Source of the DNA: an uncultured delta proteobacterium
Lineage (GTDB): Bacteria > Myxococcota_A > UBA9160 > SZUA-336
Direction: 5' to 3'
Assembly: GCA_963704165.1 (NCBI GenBank)
Contig: CAVPHD010000004.1
Span: 502,800 to 566,799, forward strand
Length of the DNA: 64,000 nucleotides
How positions within the stretch are numbered: the first letter of the stretch is position 1; each line of letters begins with the position of its first letter. Under the pieces are notes generated by a model. That model saw nothing but the letters and a program-made list of their open reading frames with translations, did no database searches and was not told the origin of the DNA. The position numbers and the translations under genes were made by a program. This document shows positions 41,197 to 52,513 of the stretch, piece by piece.

Positions 41197-41811
41197 CTAC
41201 AAGTGATCCGTCTGGTTCCAAGCGACGAGTCTGGGCTCCGGCTCGAGCACGAGCTCCGAGAGACCGCAGTTCGACAGGTGGTAGTGCTGCCAGCGCATCG
41301 GATCGCGATCGAGGATCTGACCGAGCGCGATGCCGAGCGCCGCGCCGTGACTGACCACGACGACCTCGTCGCCGCGATGCGAGCCCGAGATCCGAGCGAG
41401 CGCTGCGGTGACGCGCGCCATCACGGCGTTCGCGGACTCGCCTCCGGGCGGCGCGAAGTCACGGTCGTGGCTTATTCGCGCGAAGAAGCCGTGCACGTTG
41501 AGCAGCGCCTCGTACGAGATCCCCTCGAGCTCGCCGATCCCGTACTCCGCGAGATCCGGCTCGACGATCGCTTCGAGTCCGAGCCGCGCGCCGATCTCGG
41601 CTGCGGTCTGGCGCGTGCGCAAGAGCGGACTCGTGTAGAGCGCGCGCACGCTCGGCCGGGTTCGGGCGAGGTGCTCGCCGGTGCGCCGCGCCTCGAGCTG
41701 TCCATGGTCGGTGAGCGGGCTGTCCGTCGATCCGTGCCAGATCCGCGCGGTGTTCGCCGCGATCTGTCCGTGACGCACGAGCACGAGCTTCGCCGATGTC
41801 TCCGACTCCAT
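41197..41811 (-). CDS. histidine phosphatase family protein (phosphoglycerate-mutase-like)
   Basis: LVLVRHGQ...RTRQTAAE...SHGAALG motifs (RHG catalytic His). Confidence 0.8.
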   Translation of the reverse strand: MESETSAKLVLVRHGQIAANTARIWHGSTDSPLTDHGQLEARRTGEHLARTRPSVRALYTSPLLRTRQTAAEIGARLGLEAIVEPDLAEYGIGELEGISYEALLNVHGFFARISHDRDFAPPGGESANAVMARVTAALARISGSHRGDEVVVVSHGAALGIALGQILDRDPMRWQHYHLSNCGLSELVLEPEPRLVAWNQTDHL

Positions 41812-41831
41812 TCCGATCCGTGCCTCCGAAG

Positions 41832-43172
41832 CTAGCCGCGAATCCAGCTGCCGTGGAAGCCGTGCGGGACGCGGCGCGGCATGTGAATCGTCGCGACCGG
41901 TTTCTTCGCGGGGTCGGTCCCGTCGAGGATCACGAGGTCCGAGGCGTCGCGTGCCTTGTCGTAGACGAAGCCGAGCGCGTACCCTTCGTCCTCGGCAGCC
42001 GAGTCAGTCGACTCCGCGAAGACGAACTCACCGGGCTGGGAGCTCGGCCCGAAATCGTGCATGACGGACGTGCCGCGCTCGAGATCGTATTTCAGCAAGA
42101 CCCCCGCCGAACCGAAGCCAGCCTCCTCGCCGGGTCGCGACGCGACGGCCCAGCCGTAGCGGTTTCGCAGCCCGACCACGCGGTCGTCCACGCGCGGAAA
42201 CGCGTGCGAGACGTCGTCGAGCTGCCGCTCGCTGACCTTGCCCGTCGAGAGATCGAACTCCCATCGGTGCAGATAGGAGGGGGGGAAGTCGTTCATCGAC
42301 TCGCGCCACATGTACGCGTGCCGGCCGACGTCGCAGATCACCTTGTTTCCCTCGACCCAGGAATTCATCGGGTGGAAGACGTAGCACGGGTCGATCTCGA
42401 ACCAGCGCACGTCCTTGTCCTGCCCCATGCGCGGCAGGATGCCGATGCGCGCGCCGTAGTCCGGATCCCAGCCGAGAGGGATCTCGCCCTTCATCGCCTT
42501 CTCGATGCTGAAGGTGACGGGCAGATCCATGAAGATCGCGTGATCCCGCGTCACCATGAAGTCGTGCATCATCGTCGGACCGGGCACGGTGATGTCGGCC
42601 GTGTGAACGAGCGCGCCCTTCGAGTCGAGCACGTGATAGACGAGATGAGGCGCGAGATACCCATAGCCGAAGAAGTGAAGCTCGTTCGTGATCGGGCAGA
42701 GTTTCGGATGCGCGGTGAAGGCGGTAGTGAGTCGACCGCCGTAGTCGTCACATCCGAGTGTTTCGAGCTCACTCGACAGCTCGTACGGAAAGTGGCCTTC
42801 TTCGAGCGCGAGGATGCGGCCCGCGTGACCGACCACATGGGTGTTCGCGGCGCTCGCGGTGCGGTCCATCATGGTCGCGGGATCCATCGCGTCGAGATCG
42901 CGCTCGAGCTTGGTCGTGCGCACGTAACGGTTGCGGTACCAGACCGCGCGACCCGCCTCGAGCCGGACGCCGTGAACCATGCCGTCGCCCATGAACCAGT
43001 GGCTCGACACGCCGCTCTTCGGATTCGCACCGTTGCGGACATACAATCCGAGAAGCTCCGGCGGAATCGACCCGGTCACCGGCAGATCGAAGCGGGTCAG
43101 CTCGTCCGCGACCGGTCCGTAGTTGCCGGACAGGTGCCAGGGTTTTTCGTCCTTCGGGATCGCGTTCGCCAT
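41832..43172 (-). CDS. carotenoid cleavage oxygenase (RPE65/CCD family)
   Basis: 446 aa with conserved His ligands and FDGDGMVH-like motif (WFMGDGMVHGV), seven-blade propeller family signature. Confidence 0.85.
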   Translation of the reverse strand: MANAIPKDEKPWHLSGNYGPVADELTRFDLPVTGSIPPELLGLYVRNGANPKSGVSSHWFMGDGMVHGVRLEAGRAVWYRNRYVRTTKLERDLDAMDPATMMDRTASAANTHVVGHAGRILALEEGHFPYELSSELETLGCDDYGGRLTTAFTAHPKLCPITNELHFFGYGYLAPHLVYHVLDSKGALVHTADITVPGPTMMHDFMVTRDHAIFMDLPVTFSIEKAMKGEIPLGWDPDYGARIGILPRMGQDKDVRWFEIDPCYVFHPMNSWVEGNKVICDVGRHAYMWRESMNDFPPSYLHRWEFDLSTGKVSERQLDDVSHAFPRVDDRVVGLRNRYGWAVASRPGEEAGFGSAGVLLKYDLERGTSVMHDFGPSSQPGEFVFAESTDSAAEDEGYALGFVYDKARDASDLVILDGTDPAKKPVATIHMPRRVPHGFHGSWIRG

Positions 43173-43206
43173 CGTCGATCTCCCTTCGGTGGTGCCGGAA
43201 CCGAGC

Positions 43207-44510
43207 TTACACGGTTCCGCGCGCTTCGCGGCGTCCTGCGTCGCGCGCGCGCTCGACGTCCCGTTCCAGCGTGCGCGAAGCCAGATAGAAGTGGAGCCCA
43301 GACCAGATCAGGAGCGTCGAGACGATCATCAGCGCCCAGCGCAACGAGTCCGCACCGTAGCGCGGCTCGAGCGCATCGCTGAGCGCGCCGGTCGCGAGCG
43401 GACCGAGCGCGAGCCCGATGATGTTGATCACGAACAAGAGCACCGCCGCCGCGGTGGCGCGCATCGTCGGCGTGGCCAGAGACTGCGTGATCGCGAAGGC
43501 CGGTGCCTGGTACATCAGCCCGAGCCCCGTCGGCACCACCAGGAGGATCAGCGCGACCGTCGCGTTCGGGGTCAGATAGATCGCGAGCGAGAACGGCGCC
43601 GCGATCGCCATCGCGATCGCGGGCACGAGCGCCCGACCGCGCACGTCCTTCGCCCCCCAGCCGTCCGCGAAGACGCCGCCGAGGTAGTTCCCGATGCCGC
43701 CGCCGACGCCGATGATCAGCGCGAGCCACGAGCCGACCTCTCCGCTGCTCATCTGATGGGTGCGAATCAGGAACGACGGCACCCAGTTGATCACCGAGTA
43801 GCCGACGAACGCGTACAGACCCGACGCGAACGAGAGGTGGCGGAACGTGCGGTGAGCTCCAGAGGAAGCGGATCACGTCGAGTGCGGACGGTGGCGTGCC
43901 CTCGCTCTGCAATCCCTCGGAGTGTCCGCGCGGCGGCTCGCGAAGCGTGAGGGCGACGATCATCGCGATCAGTACGCCCGGTAGACCGACGACGACGAAC
44001 GCCATCCGCCAGCCCAGGCTCTCGTTCAGCCAGCCTCCGGCCAGAAAGCCGACGAGAATTCCGAGGGGCACGCCGAGCGAGAAGATCGCGAGCGCGGTCG
44101 CGCGCCGCTCGGGCGGGAAGTAGTCCGAGATCATCGAGTGCGCGGGCGGGCTGCCGCCGGCCTCGCCGACGCCGACACCGACGCGGAACGCGAGCAGGCT
44201 CGCGAAGCCGACGGCCGAGCCGCAGAGCGCGGTCATGCCACTCCAGAGCGCGAGGCAGATCGCGATCACCCACTTCCGCGAGACGCGATCCGCGAGCCGG
44301 GCGATCGGAACACCGAGCGTGGCGTAGAAGAGTCCGAACGCGGTGCCGGAGAGCAGGCCGAGCTGGGTGTCCGTGAGCTGAGAGGTCCGCCTTGATCGAC
44401 GGCAGCAGGATCGCGAGGATCTGACGATCGACGAAGTTCACCACGTACACGACGCAGAGCAGGCCGAGCGCGTAGCGCAGATAGGCGGGCGAGAAGGTCT
44501 GTGTCGTCAC
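43207..44510 (-). pseudogene. MFS transporter disrupted by at least two 1-bp frameshifts
   Basis: N-terminus (MTTQTFSPAYLRYALGLLCVVYVVNFVDRQILAILLPSIKADL) in frame of ORF 43791..44510. Middle (..IAICLALWSGMTALCG...FRVGVGVGEAGGSP...) in frame of ORF 43097..44269. C-terminus (..INWVPSFLIRTHQMSSGEVGSW...) in frame of ORF 43207..43794. Junctions near 44360 and 43850. Confidence 0.7.
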
Positions 44511-44583
44511 GCGCGCATCGTATCAGCCCGTGAGCTCGATGCGTTTGGAATCGGTCGTCTTCGGGTTCGATCCGCGCGGCGCG

Positions 44584-45395
44584 TCAGACCAGCAGCGCGA
44601 GCTGACGCGACTGCACCAGCAGGATTCCGTCGCGTGTCCAGATCTCGCCGTCCTCCTCGACGTAACCGTCGCGCGCGATATGACTGCGGAACAGACACAG
44701 GTAGTGGTCGTCCGGCCGGGCGTTCGCGGGGATCGCGCCGCGGAAGTGCACGGTCAGGTCGATCGGTCGGCACGCCGCGCAGCGAACGCGCCGCCGATCG
44801 AGTGGCGCTGCGAGATCGCGGGCGGCCAGGCGTCGCTGAAGAGCGCCAGCGCCGGCGCATCGGGAACGATCGGCTCGGCCAGGCGCAGCCAGCCACCGCT
44901 GATCGCGCGCGAGCGACGTCCCGGGTCCGACGGCTCCGAAGGCGGGCCGCATCTCGAAGCGCTCGTGCATCGGGAGCGCCGGCCCGCCCGTCGGATCGCG
45001 CGCGGGCAGGCTCTCGGGATTCGCGACCTCGGGCATGTGCAGCTCGTGGAACTCGACCGACTCGCGCGAGCGACCGAACGACGCGAGCGCGAGCGCGATC
45101 AGCTCGCCGTTCTGTTCGAGTCGCGCCGAGAGCGCCGTCATCGAGCGGCCGCTCCGCTCCACGCGCACGTGCACGCGCGCCGGGACCTTCGACGGCGGGT
45201 GCGACGTAGTGGATCGTCAGTGAGCGCGGCAGCCGCGTCTCGTCCCCGACCGCGGCCGTCAGACGCGCGCAGCACGATCGAAGCCAGATAGCCGCCGTTC
45301 GCGCCCATCACGATCCACCAGCCGCGATCGATGCGCGCGTCGAAGGCGCCGTCGGCTGCGAGCGCGACGGCGCTGTCCCGTTCGAAGCGGGTCAC
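44584..45395 (-). pseudogene. acyl-CoA thioesterase II (TesB-like, double hotdog) with two 1-bp frameshifts
   Basis: N-terminus (VTRFERDSAVALAADG...WWIVMGANGGYLASIVLRA) in the C-terminal frame of ORF 45138..46334. C-terminus (..HVRVERSGRSMTALSARLEQNGELIALAL...DGILLVQSRQL) in ORF 44584..45174. Shifts near 45230 and 45185. GTG start overlaps the LLM stop. Confidence 0.65.
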
Positions 45396-46334
45396 GAGTC
45401 TGCGAACGCGGGCAGGACGCGTTCCGCGAAGAGCCGCGCGGGCACGCGCGTGTCGCGACCGAAGAACTCGATCACGAGCAATCCGCAGCCGAGCTTGCGA
45501 TGCCGCTCGATGCCGTCGATCACGCGCTCGGGCGTGCCCCAGATGCCGTGCTCCTCGAGCGCGCCGCCCATGTGGCCGCCGTAGATCTTCTTGGCCTTCT
45601 CGAGCGACTCCTTCGCGCGGGCCTCGGTCTCCTCGATCACGACCACGCACTGCTGCGAGATGCGGATCTCGCCGACGTCGCGCTTCACGTCGTCGCAGCG
45701 GCGCCGCAGCGCCTCGATCTTCGCGCCGAGCTGGGCCTGGAAGACCGCGAGGTTGTTCCAGATGTCGGCGTGCTGCGCGGCGATCCGCAGCAGCACCTTC
45801 TCGCCGGCGCCGCCGATCAGGATCGGCGTGCGGCGCAGCGGCTTCGGCTCGCTCCAGGCGTCCGACACCGAGAAGTGACGGCCCGCGAACGTCACTCGCT
45901 CCTCGCTGAACAGGCGGCGCAGCAGGATCGCGGTCTCCTCGAGCGCCTTCATCCGCTCGCCGAGCGGCGGGAACGGGCTGCCGGTGCCCGTGAATTCGGC
46001 CTCGAACCAGCCCGCGCCGAGGCCGACGATCGCGCGCCCGCCCGAGATGTGGTCGAGCGTGGCGACCTGCTTGGCGAGGATCGCGGGATTTCGGAAGAAC
46101 GGCGGCGTGACGAGCGTGCCGAGCTCCACGCGCGAGGTGACGGCCGCGACGGCGGCGAGCTCGGTCCACGCCTCGAAGATCGGCAGGTTCGGCACCGGCA
46201 CGCCGTACACGTGATCGCAGACCCAGGCGGAGTGGAAGCCGAGCTGGATCGAGCTCCTCGGCGACGGCGCGCGCCTCCTGCCAGCTGCGCTTGATCTGCG
46301 GCAGCGTCCCCCCGAACTGCATCGAGCCCGACAT
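45392..46334 (-). pseudogene. luciferase-like monooxygenase (LLM-class, probably F420/flavin-dependent oxidoreductase) interrupted by a 10-bp insertion
   Basis: N-terminus MSGSMQFGGTLPQIKRSWQEARAVAEEL in frame of ORF 45138..46334, then GFHSAWVCDHVYG...LIGGAGEKVLLRIAAQHADIWN... in frame of ORF 45392..47191. The break falls exactly where the conserved AEELGF(D/H)S motif is expected (about 46241-46250). Confidence 0.7.
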
Positions 46335-46356
46335 CGATTCCTCCTCGCTCGCGATT

Positions 46357-47191
46357 CTACGCGATGACGCGATTTCGTCCCTCGGCCTTGGCGCGGTACA
46401 GGCGTGTGTCGGCCGCCTCCATCAGCTCGGCAGCCGTCTTTCCGTCGGCCGGCGTGCTCGCCACTCCGGCCGAGACCGAAAGCGCCGCGCCCGCGCCGGT
46501 CGGCGAGGGCGACTCGAAGGCCGCGCGCACCTTCTCCGCTACGGCACGTGCGCCGTCTCGGGTCGTCTCGGGCAGCACGAGCACGAACTCGTCGCCGCCG
46601 TATCGCGCCGCGGTATCGCTCGCGCGCGAGCGCTCGCGGAGCAGCGATGCGATGCGCACCAGGGCGGCGTTTCCGGCCGCGTGACCGAAGCGGTCGTTCC
46701 ACCCCTTCAAGTCGTCGACGTCGAACATGACGACGGCGAGCGCCCGTCCGTAGCGTTGGGCGCGTTCCAGCTCCCGATCCAGCGCCGAGACGATCCGGCC
46801 GTAGTTGGCGAGCCCGGTGAGTGCGTCGCGCTCGGCGCGCAGGAGGGCCTGCTCGTGGTCGCGCGCATTCGCGAGCGCGAGCGCGCCGTGCGTGACGAGA
46901 GCCCGGAGCGCAGACTCGTCGATGCCCGCGCTCGCGAAGACCCGCAAGCCTCCCGATGCGCTCGCCGCGCGCGTTCAGCTCGAGCGGACGGGCGGGCCCG
47001 GCGCTCGTATCGCCCCGGCCGACCTCGCGCGCATCCCTCTCTCCGTAGGAGTCGAGCTCGAGAACCGCGCCGATGGCGCCCGCCACCCGAATCGAAGCGT
47101 CGAGGAGGCGTGCGACGACGTCGGAGACGCGAAGGCTCGAGGACATCTCGCGCAGGGCTTCGAGCAGGGCCTCCGCGCGTCCTTCGTCCAT
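46357..47191 (-). pseudogene. GAF-GGDEF diguanylate cyclase with frameshift
   Basis: N-terminal GAF-like region in frame of ORF 45392..47191 start (MDEGRAEALLEALREMSSSLRVSDVVARLLD...). GGDEF domain (RYGGDEF) in ORF 46357..46947. Shift near 46950. Confidence 0.65.
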
Positions 47192-47255
47192 TTCGGGATT
47201 CTACGCGCCCGCCGCGCTTTCTCGCGTTCGGCGCGTGTGTCACCCTCCCGCGCCC

Positions 47256-48423
47256 ATGCCCCGCTCCGTCGGCTTCGCCGCGCTCACCGCGTTCGTGCTC
47301 ATGCTCGGAATCGGCGTGCTCTTTCCCGTGCTGCCGTTCCTGACCCGCGAGCTCGGCATCTCCGATGCGCACGCCGGCTGGCTGCTCGCGTCGTATCCGC
47401 TGGCCTCGTTCGTCGCGAGCCCGCTCTGGGGGCGGTTCTCGAGCGCACACGGTCGCAAGCCGGCGCTCGTCGTCGGACTCGTCGGCTACTCGATCGGGTT
47501 CATTCTCTTCGGCCTCGGCGAGACGCTTCACCCAGCTTCTCGCTGCGCGCGTGCTCGGCGGGCTCGTCTCCGCGGCGGCGCTTCCGGCGCTCTTCGCCTA
47601 CGTCGCCGACGTCACGACTCCAGAGAAGCGCAGCTCCGGAATGGGCGCGCTCGGTGCCGGGCTCGGCCTCGGCGTGACGCTCGGCCCGGTGCTCGGCTGG
47701 CTCACCTACGCCGCCTACGGATTGCGTGCGCCGTACTTCGTGTCGGGTGCGATCGGGCTGGCGAACGCGCTCGTGGTCGCGCGCGCGCTGCCCGAGAGCC
47801 TCGACGCGGCCACGCGCGCGGCTCGCGATCGCGAGGCGACGCCGCGACGTCCGCTCGCGCAGATCGCACGTCCGCTCGCGCCGTTCCTCGTCTGCAGCTT
47901 CCTGACCTCGACCGCGCGCATGGCCGTCGACACGACGTTCGGCTTCTTCGCCCAGAACGCGCTCGGAGCGTCACCGCGCGGTGTCGCCGGCGTGCTCTTC
48001 GTGATGGGCGTGACGTCGGCGCTGGTGCAGGGCGGACTCCTGCGCCGGATCGAGGGACGCATCTCCGACGAGACCCTCTTCGCCGCCGGCTGCGTCGCTG
48101 ATGACCGCGGGCCTCGCCGTGTTCGGCTTCGCGGAAGCTGGACGGGCGTGCTCGCGGGGGGCATCCCGGTCGCGGTCGGCTTCGCGCTGCTCGCTCCGAC
48201 GCTGACCGCGTTGATCTCGCGCGCGGCCGAGGACGTGCAGGGAGAGGCGCAGGGGCTGAACGGAAGCGCGACCGCGCTCTCGCGCGTGGTCTCGCCGCTG
48301 CTCTTCACGACGGGTCTCTGGCCGAGCTTCGGCGGGCCGGGGACCTACGGCGTCGCCGCGATTCTCTGCGCGCTCGCGCTCGTCGTCGCGCGGACGAGCT
48401 TCAGAACCCGGGCGGAGGCGTGA
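47256..48423 (+). pseudogene. MFS transporter with frameshifts (one near 47520, a compensating pair near 48095-48140)
   Basis: N-terminus MPRSVGFAALTAFVLMLGIGVLFPVLPFL... (ORF 47073..48101 frame) continues as ..FTQLLAARVLGGLVSAAALPALFAYVADV... in ORF 47365..48423. The segment ADDRGPRRVRLRGSW is non-hydrophobic, whereas the alternative frame gives TM-like LMTAGLAVFGFAEAG. Confidence 0.7.
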
Positions 48424-49863
48424 AGCCGCCGAGCACCTCCGAGATCCGCTTGCCGAGATCGAGCGTCGTGCGGTCCTCGAGGTAGGGCCCCGCGATCTGC
48501 AAGCCGACGGGCAGGTTCTCGCGCGTGCGACCGGCGGGGACCACCGTCGCGGGCAGCTTGCACATCGTCACCGGCGCGATCCAGCCGAACAGATCGGTGT
48601 AGGGGCGCTTCTCCGCAGTTCACCGTGATCGTGCGGGTCGTGAACGGACCGTCGTGCTGGTGCGGGATCGCCGCGACCTGATTCACCGGCAGGAGCAGCG
48701 CGTCGTAGCCCGCCGAAGAACTCGGCGAAGCGCGCGCGCATCGCCTCGCGCTGCTCGTGGGCTGCGAGCCACTCGTGATGGGTTGCTGCCGTCGTGCGCG
48801 CGGTGAAGATCATCTCGGAGTCGTCGTCGGGAGCCGCGTTCGCGGCGAGCTCGCGCAGGCTCTCGGATCGCGTCGGCGGGGAAGCTCGCGCCCATGACCG
48901 GCATGAGCAGCCGCTGATAGGCTGCGCACCGCCTCGCGCAGGCCGAACGGCGGGCGCGCGCGCTCGTCGATCCTGGCACCGGCGCGGCGCAGCTTCTCGA
49001 TCGCCTCGGCGTGGACCCGCTTCACTTCGGCATCGACGGGGTAGTCGGCGTCGTCGAGCCAGGCCGCGATGCGGTACTCGGAGAGGGTCGCGCGCCGCGG
49101 CTTCGGCAGCTCGAGCCGCCAGCCCTTCGACTCCGGGTCGCTCGCGCCGGCGAGCACGCCGAGCGCGAGCTCGAGATCCTCGACGCAGCGCGCGATCGGC
49201 CCGTGCACGTTCAGATCGGGCTCGGCGAACGATCCGGGCGGAAAGGGAATGTGCCCGCGCTGCGGGATGATCCCGTAGCTCGGCTTGTGCCCGAAGACGC
49301 CGCTCCAGTGCGACGGCACGCGGATCGATCCGCCGATGTCGGAGCCGAGCTCGAGCGCGGTGAAACCCGCGGCGACGGCCGCCGCGGCGCCGCCGGAGGA
49401 TCCGCCGGGCGTGCGCTCGAGGTTCCACGGGTTGCGCGTGGTGGGGAAGAGCTCGTTGTAGCTCTGCCAGTCGCTGGTCATGTACGGCGTGTTGGTCTTG
49501 CCGAAGACGATCGCTCCCGCGCCGCGCAGCCGCGCGACCGCGACCGCATCGCGCGCGGGAACGTGCTCCGCGAGCTCCGGCGCTCCGCAGGTCGTGCGGA
49601 TCCCCTCGGTCTCGAAGCTGTCCTTGATCGTGATCGGAAGCCCGTGCAGCACTCCGACCGCGCGCCCCTGCGCGAGCTCGCGATCGGCCTCGTCCGGCCT
49701 GCGCGCGCGCTCGCTCGGCGTCGACCGTGACGACCGCGTGGATCTTCGGATCGAGCTTCGCGACCCGCGCGAGCGCGCGCTCGAGCAGGTCGCGGCTCTT
49801 GAGCTCGCCGCTGCGCAGGCGCGTACAGAGGTCGGTGGCGGTGCGGAACTCGAGCTCGCTCAT
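48424..49863 (-). pseudogene. amidase (amidase-signature family, GatA-like) with multiple frameshifts
   Basis: N-terminus MSELEFRTATDLCTRLRSGELKSRDLLERALARV (frame of ORF 48568..49947). Core LHGLPITIKDSF...GGSSGGAAAAVAAG in ORF 48810..49652. C-terminal pieces alternate between at least three frames (48345..48686, 48683..48979, 48568..). Confidence 0.7.
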
Positions 49864-49958
49864 CGAAAATCCCTCGTTGGCCTCGGGCGTCGGGCATCGT
49901 ACCATGCACCCCGTCGGGGCAGAGCGACCGGAGGCAGAGTTGGGCAAGCTCGGAAGCG

Positions 49959-50330
49959 TTGACGCGGAGCATCCGCGTGAAGGTCGCGTCGAAGTACGTG
50001 CCGGAACGATCGCGCCCGATGATGAACGAGTACTTCTTCGCGTACTCGATCCAGATCTCGAACGAGGGTCGCGAGACGGTGCAGCTGATCTCGCGCTTCT
50101 GGCGGATCACGGACGCCGAAGGCCACATCGAGGAGGTGCGTGGGCCTGGCGTGGTCGGTGAACAGCCGGTGCTCGGACCCGGCGACGCGTTCGAGTACAC
50201 ATCTGCGTGTCCCCTGGTGACGCCGTTCGGCTCGATGAGCGGCACCTACCAGATGGTGACGGACTCGGGAGAGAGCTTCGATGCGGTGGTGGGGCTCTTC
50301 GAGCTCGCCGAGCCCTACGCGATCAACTAG
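49959..50330 (+). CDS. apaG: ApaG domain protein
   Basis: 123 aa: ...YFFAYSIQISNEGRETVQLISRFWRITDAEGHIEEVRGPGVVGEQPVLGPGDAFEYTS, a canonical ApaG/DUF525. Intact. Confidence 0.85.
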   Translation: MTRSIRVKVASKYVPERSRPMMNEYFFAYSIQISNEGRETVQLISRFWRITDAEGHIEEVRGPGVVGEQPVLGPGDAFEYTSACPLVTPFGSMSGTYQMVTDSGESFDAVVGLFELAEPYAIN

Positions 50331-50374
50331 GCAAGGCGGCGATCCGATCGCCGGATGGAAGGGGAGGAGCGGAA

Positions 50375-52469
50375 TTGACCGATCGCACGGTTCACACGTT
50401 CTGCCGGGTTTGCGAGCCCGCCTGCGGGCTGCTGGCATCGGTGCGTGACGGCCGGCTCGAGTCGCTGCGTCCAGACCCGGAGCATCCGGTGACGCGCGGC
50501 TTCGCGTGCAACAAGGGTCTGGCCGGCGTCGAGATCCACCACGACCCCGACCGACTGAATCATCCGCTGCGCCGTCGCGCGAACGGACGGACTCGAGCGC
50601 ATCTCCTGGGACGACGCGACGTCGGAAATCGCAACGCGACTGCGCGAGATCATCGCCAAGCACGGCCCCGACGCGGTCGCCTCCTACATCGGCAATCCGA
50701 GCGCGTTCAATGCGCAGCTCGGTCCGGCCGCGGGAGCGTTCTTCACCCAGCTCGGTACTCGGCGATCGTTCAGCTCGGGTACACAGGACTGTGCCAACAA
50801 GTTCGCTGGCAGCGAGGCGGTCTTCGGGTCGACCACGATCCACCCGATTCCGGACCTCGAGCACACCGACTTGCTGCTCGTCTTCGGCGCGAACCCGCGC
50901 GTGTCGCACGGCAGCTTCATCTCGATCGCCGACCCGGCGCGCGCCCTCAAGAACGCACGAGGGCGCGGCGCCCGGATCCGCTTCGTGAACCCGCGCGAGA
51001 CCGAGTCGGCCGAGCCGGGAGAGACGATCCTGATCCGTCCCGACACGGACGTGTACTTGATGGCGGCGCTGCTGCACGAGCTCGATCGCATCGGCGCCTT
51101 CGACTCGGCCGTGCTCGACGCGCACGGGGCGAACGTCGCCGGAATGCGCGAGTTCATCGCGCGCCATCCGGCCGAGCGCGCCTCTCGCGTCACGGGCGTT
51201 CCCGCGCAGGCCGTGCGCGAGCTGGCGCGCGAGATCGCAGCTTCGCGGAGCTGTTCGGTGCACCTCTCGACGGGCGTGAACATGGGAAGACAGGGGACGC
51301 TCGGCTACTGGCTCGGGCACATGCTCTCGTTCGCGACCGGCAACCTCGATCGGCGCGGCGGGAACATCCTCTCGGTGGGATTCTACGAGGCCGCGAAGGC
51401 CGGTCGGCGCGGATTCGAGAGCTCCTTCTCCGACACCGAATTCGGTCGGCTGCGGAAGGGCGCACTGCCCGGCAACCTGCTCTCGCACGCGATCCTCGAC
51501 GCCGAGAACCCGGTGCGCGCCCTCTTCGTCGTCGCGGGAAATCCGCTGCTCTCGATCGCCGGCGAAGCGCGCCTGCGAGAGGCCTTCGGATCGCTCGACC
51601 TGCTCGTCTGCATCGATCTGTATCCGAACGCGACGGGCGAGTACGCCGACTATTTGCTGCCGTCGACCGACATGTTCGAGCGCGCGGACGTGAACATCAC
51701 CGGACTCGGTCTTCAGCACGAGCCGTGGATCCAGTGGAGCGACGCCGTCGTCCCCGCGCAGGCGGAGCGGCGCGAGGAGTGGTGGATCCTCGCGCGGCTC
51801 TCGCAGGCGCTCGGCTTGAAGTCCGCGCTCGACGCGGGCCCCGATCCCGACCTGTGGGGCCGGATCGATCACATGCTGAAGACGCGCGGCCACTCGCTGG
51901 CGGAGCTCCGCGCGACGCCGCACGGCATCGTCTTCGAGCCCCTGACACCGGGGAGCTTCTACGAGAAGCAGATTCAGACGCCCGACCACCGCGTCGATTG
52001 CTGTCCGCCCGCGTTCGCCGACGCGCTCGAACGCGCCGAGCGGATCTTCGTCGAGCTCGAAGGCGAGGGGCTCGCGCGCCTGAAGCTGATCACGCTCCGC
52101 GACCCGTACATGCACAACAGCTGGTACGCGAACGTCGCGAAGATGAAGCGCGGGAGCCGCGATCGGAACCGGCTTCACGTGAACCCGGAGGACGCGGCCG
52201 CTCGCTCGCTCGCGAACGGCGCGAAGGCGCGGATCTGGAACGAGAACGGCGCGCTCGAGCTCGAGGTCGAATGCGACTCGACGCTGATGCGCGGTGTGGT
52301 GGCGCTGGTCCACGGCTGGGGAAATCAGAGCACGCCGGGCATGCGGCTCGCGGCGCGAACGCCGGGCGTGAACGCGAACGCGCTGCTTCCGATCGGCCCG
52401 GATTCCTTCGAGCCACTCTCCAGCCAGGCCTTCATGACGGGCATCCCGGTCGAGCTGGCCCCGCTCTAG
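50375..52469 (+). pseudogene. molybdopterin-dependent oxidoreductase (MopB superfamily, formate-dehydrogenase/assimilatory nitrate reductase-like catalytic subunit) with one frameshift near 50590
   Basis: TTG start with upstream GGAGGAG. N-terminal 4Fe-4S CRVCEPACGL...CNKG in frame of ORF 50207... Remainder (..ERISWDDATSEIATRL...GTQDCANKFAG...) in frame of ORF 50871..52469. Confidence 0.75.
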
Positions 52470-52513
52470 CGCGCTCCGAGCGGGCTTGCGGCGAAAACTG
52501 AATACGATCATAA

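Noticed and set aside
43207-44510. Treating the three overlapping MFS-like ORFs (43791..44510, 43097..44269, 43207..43794) as three separate genes
   Set aside because: Each piece corresponds to a consecutive segment of a single 12-TM MFS transporter and the reading frames join precisely at two points. Separate genes would not each encode partial transporters in register.
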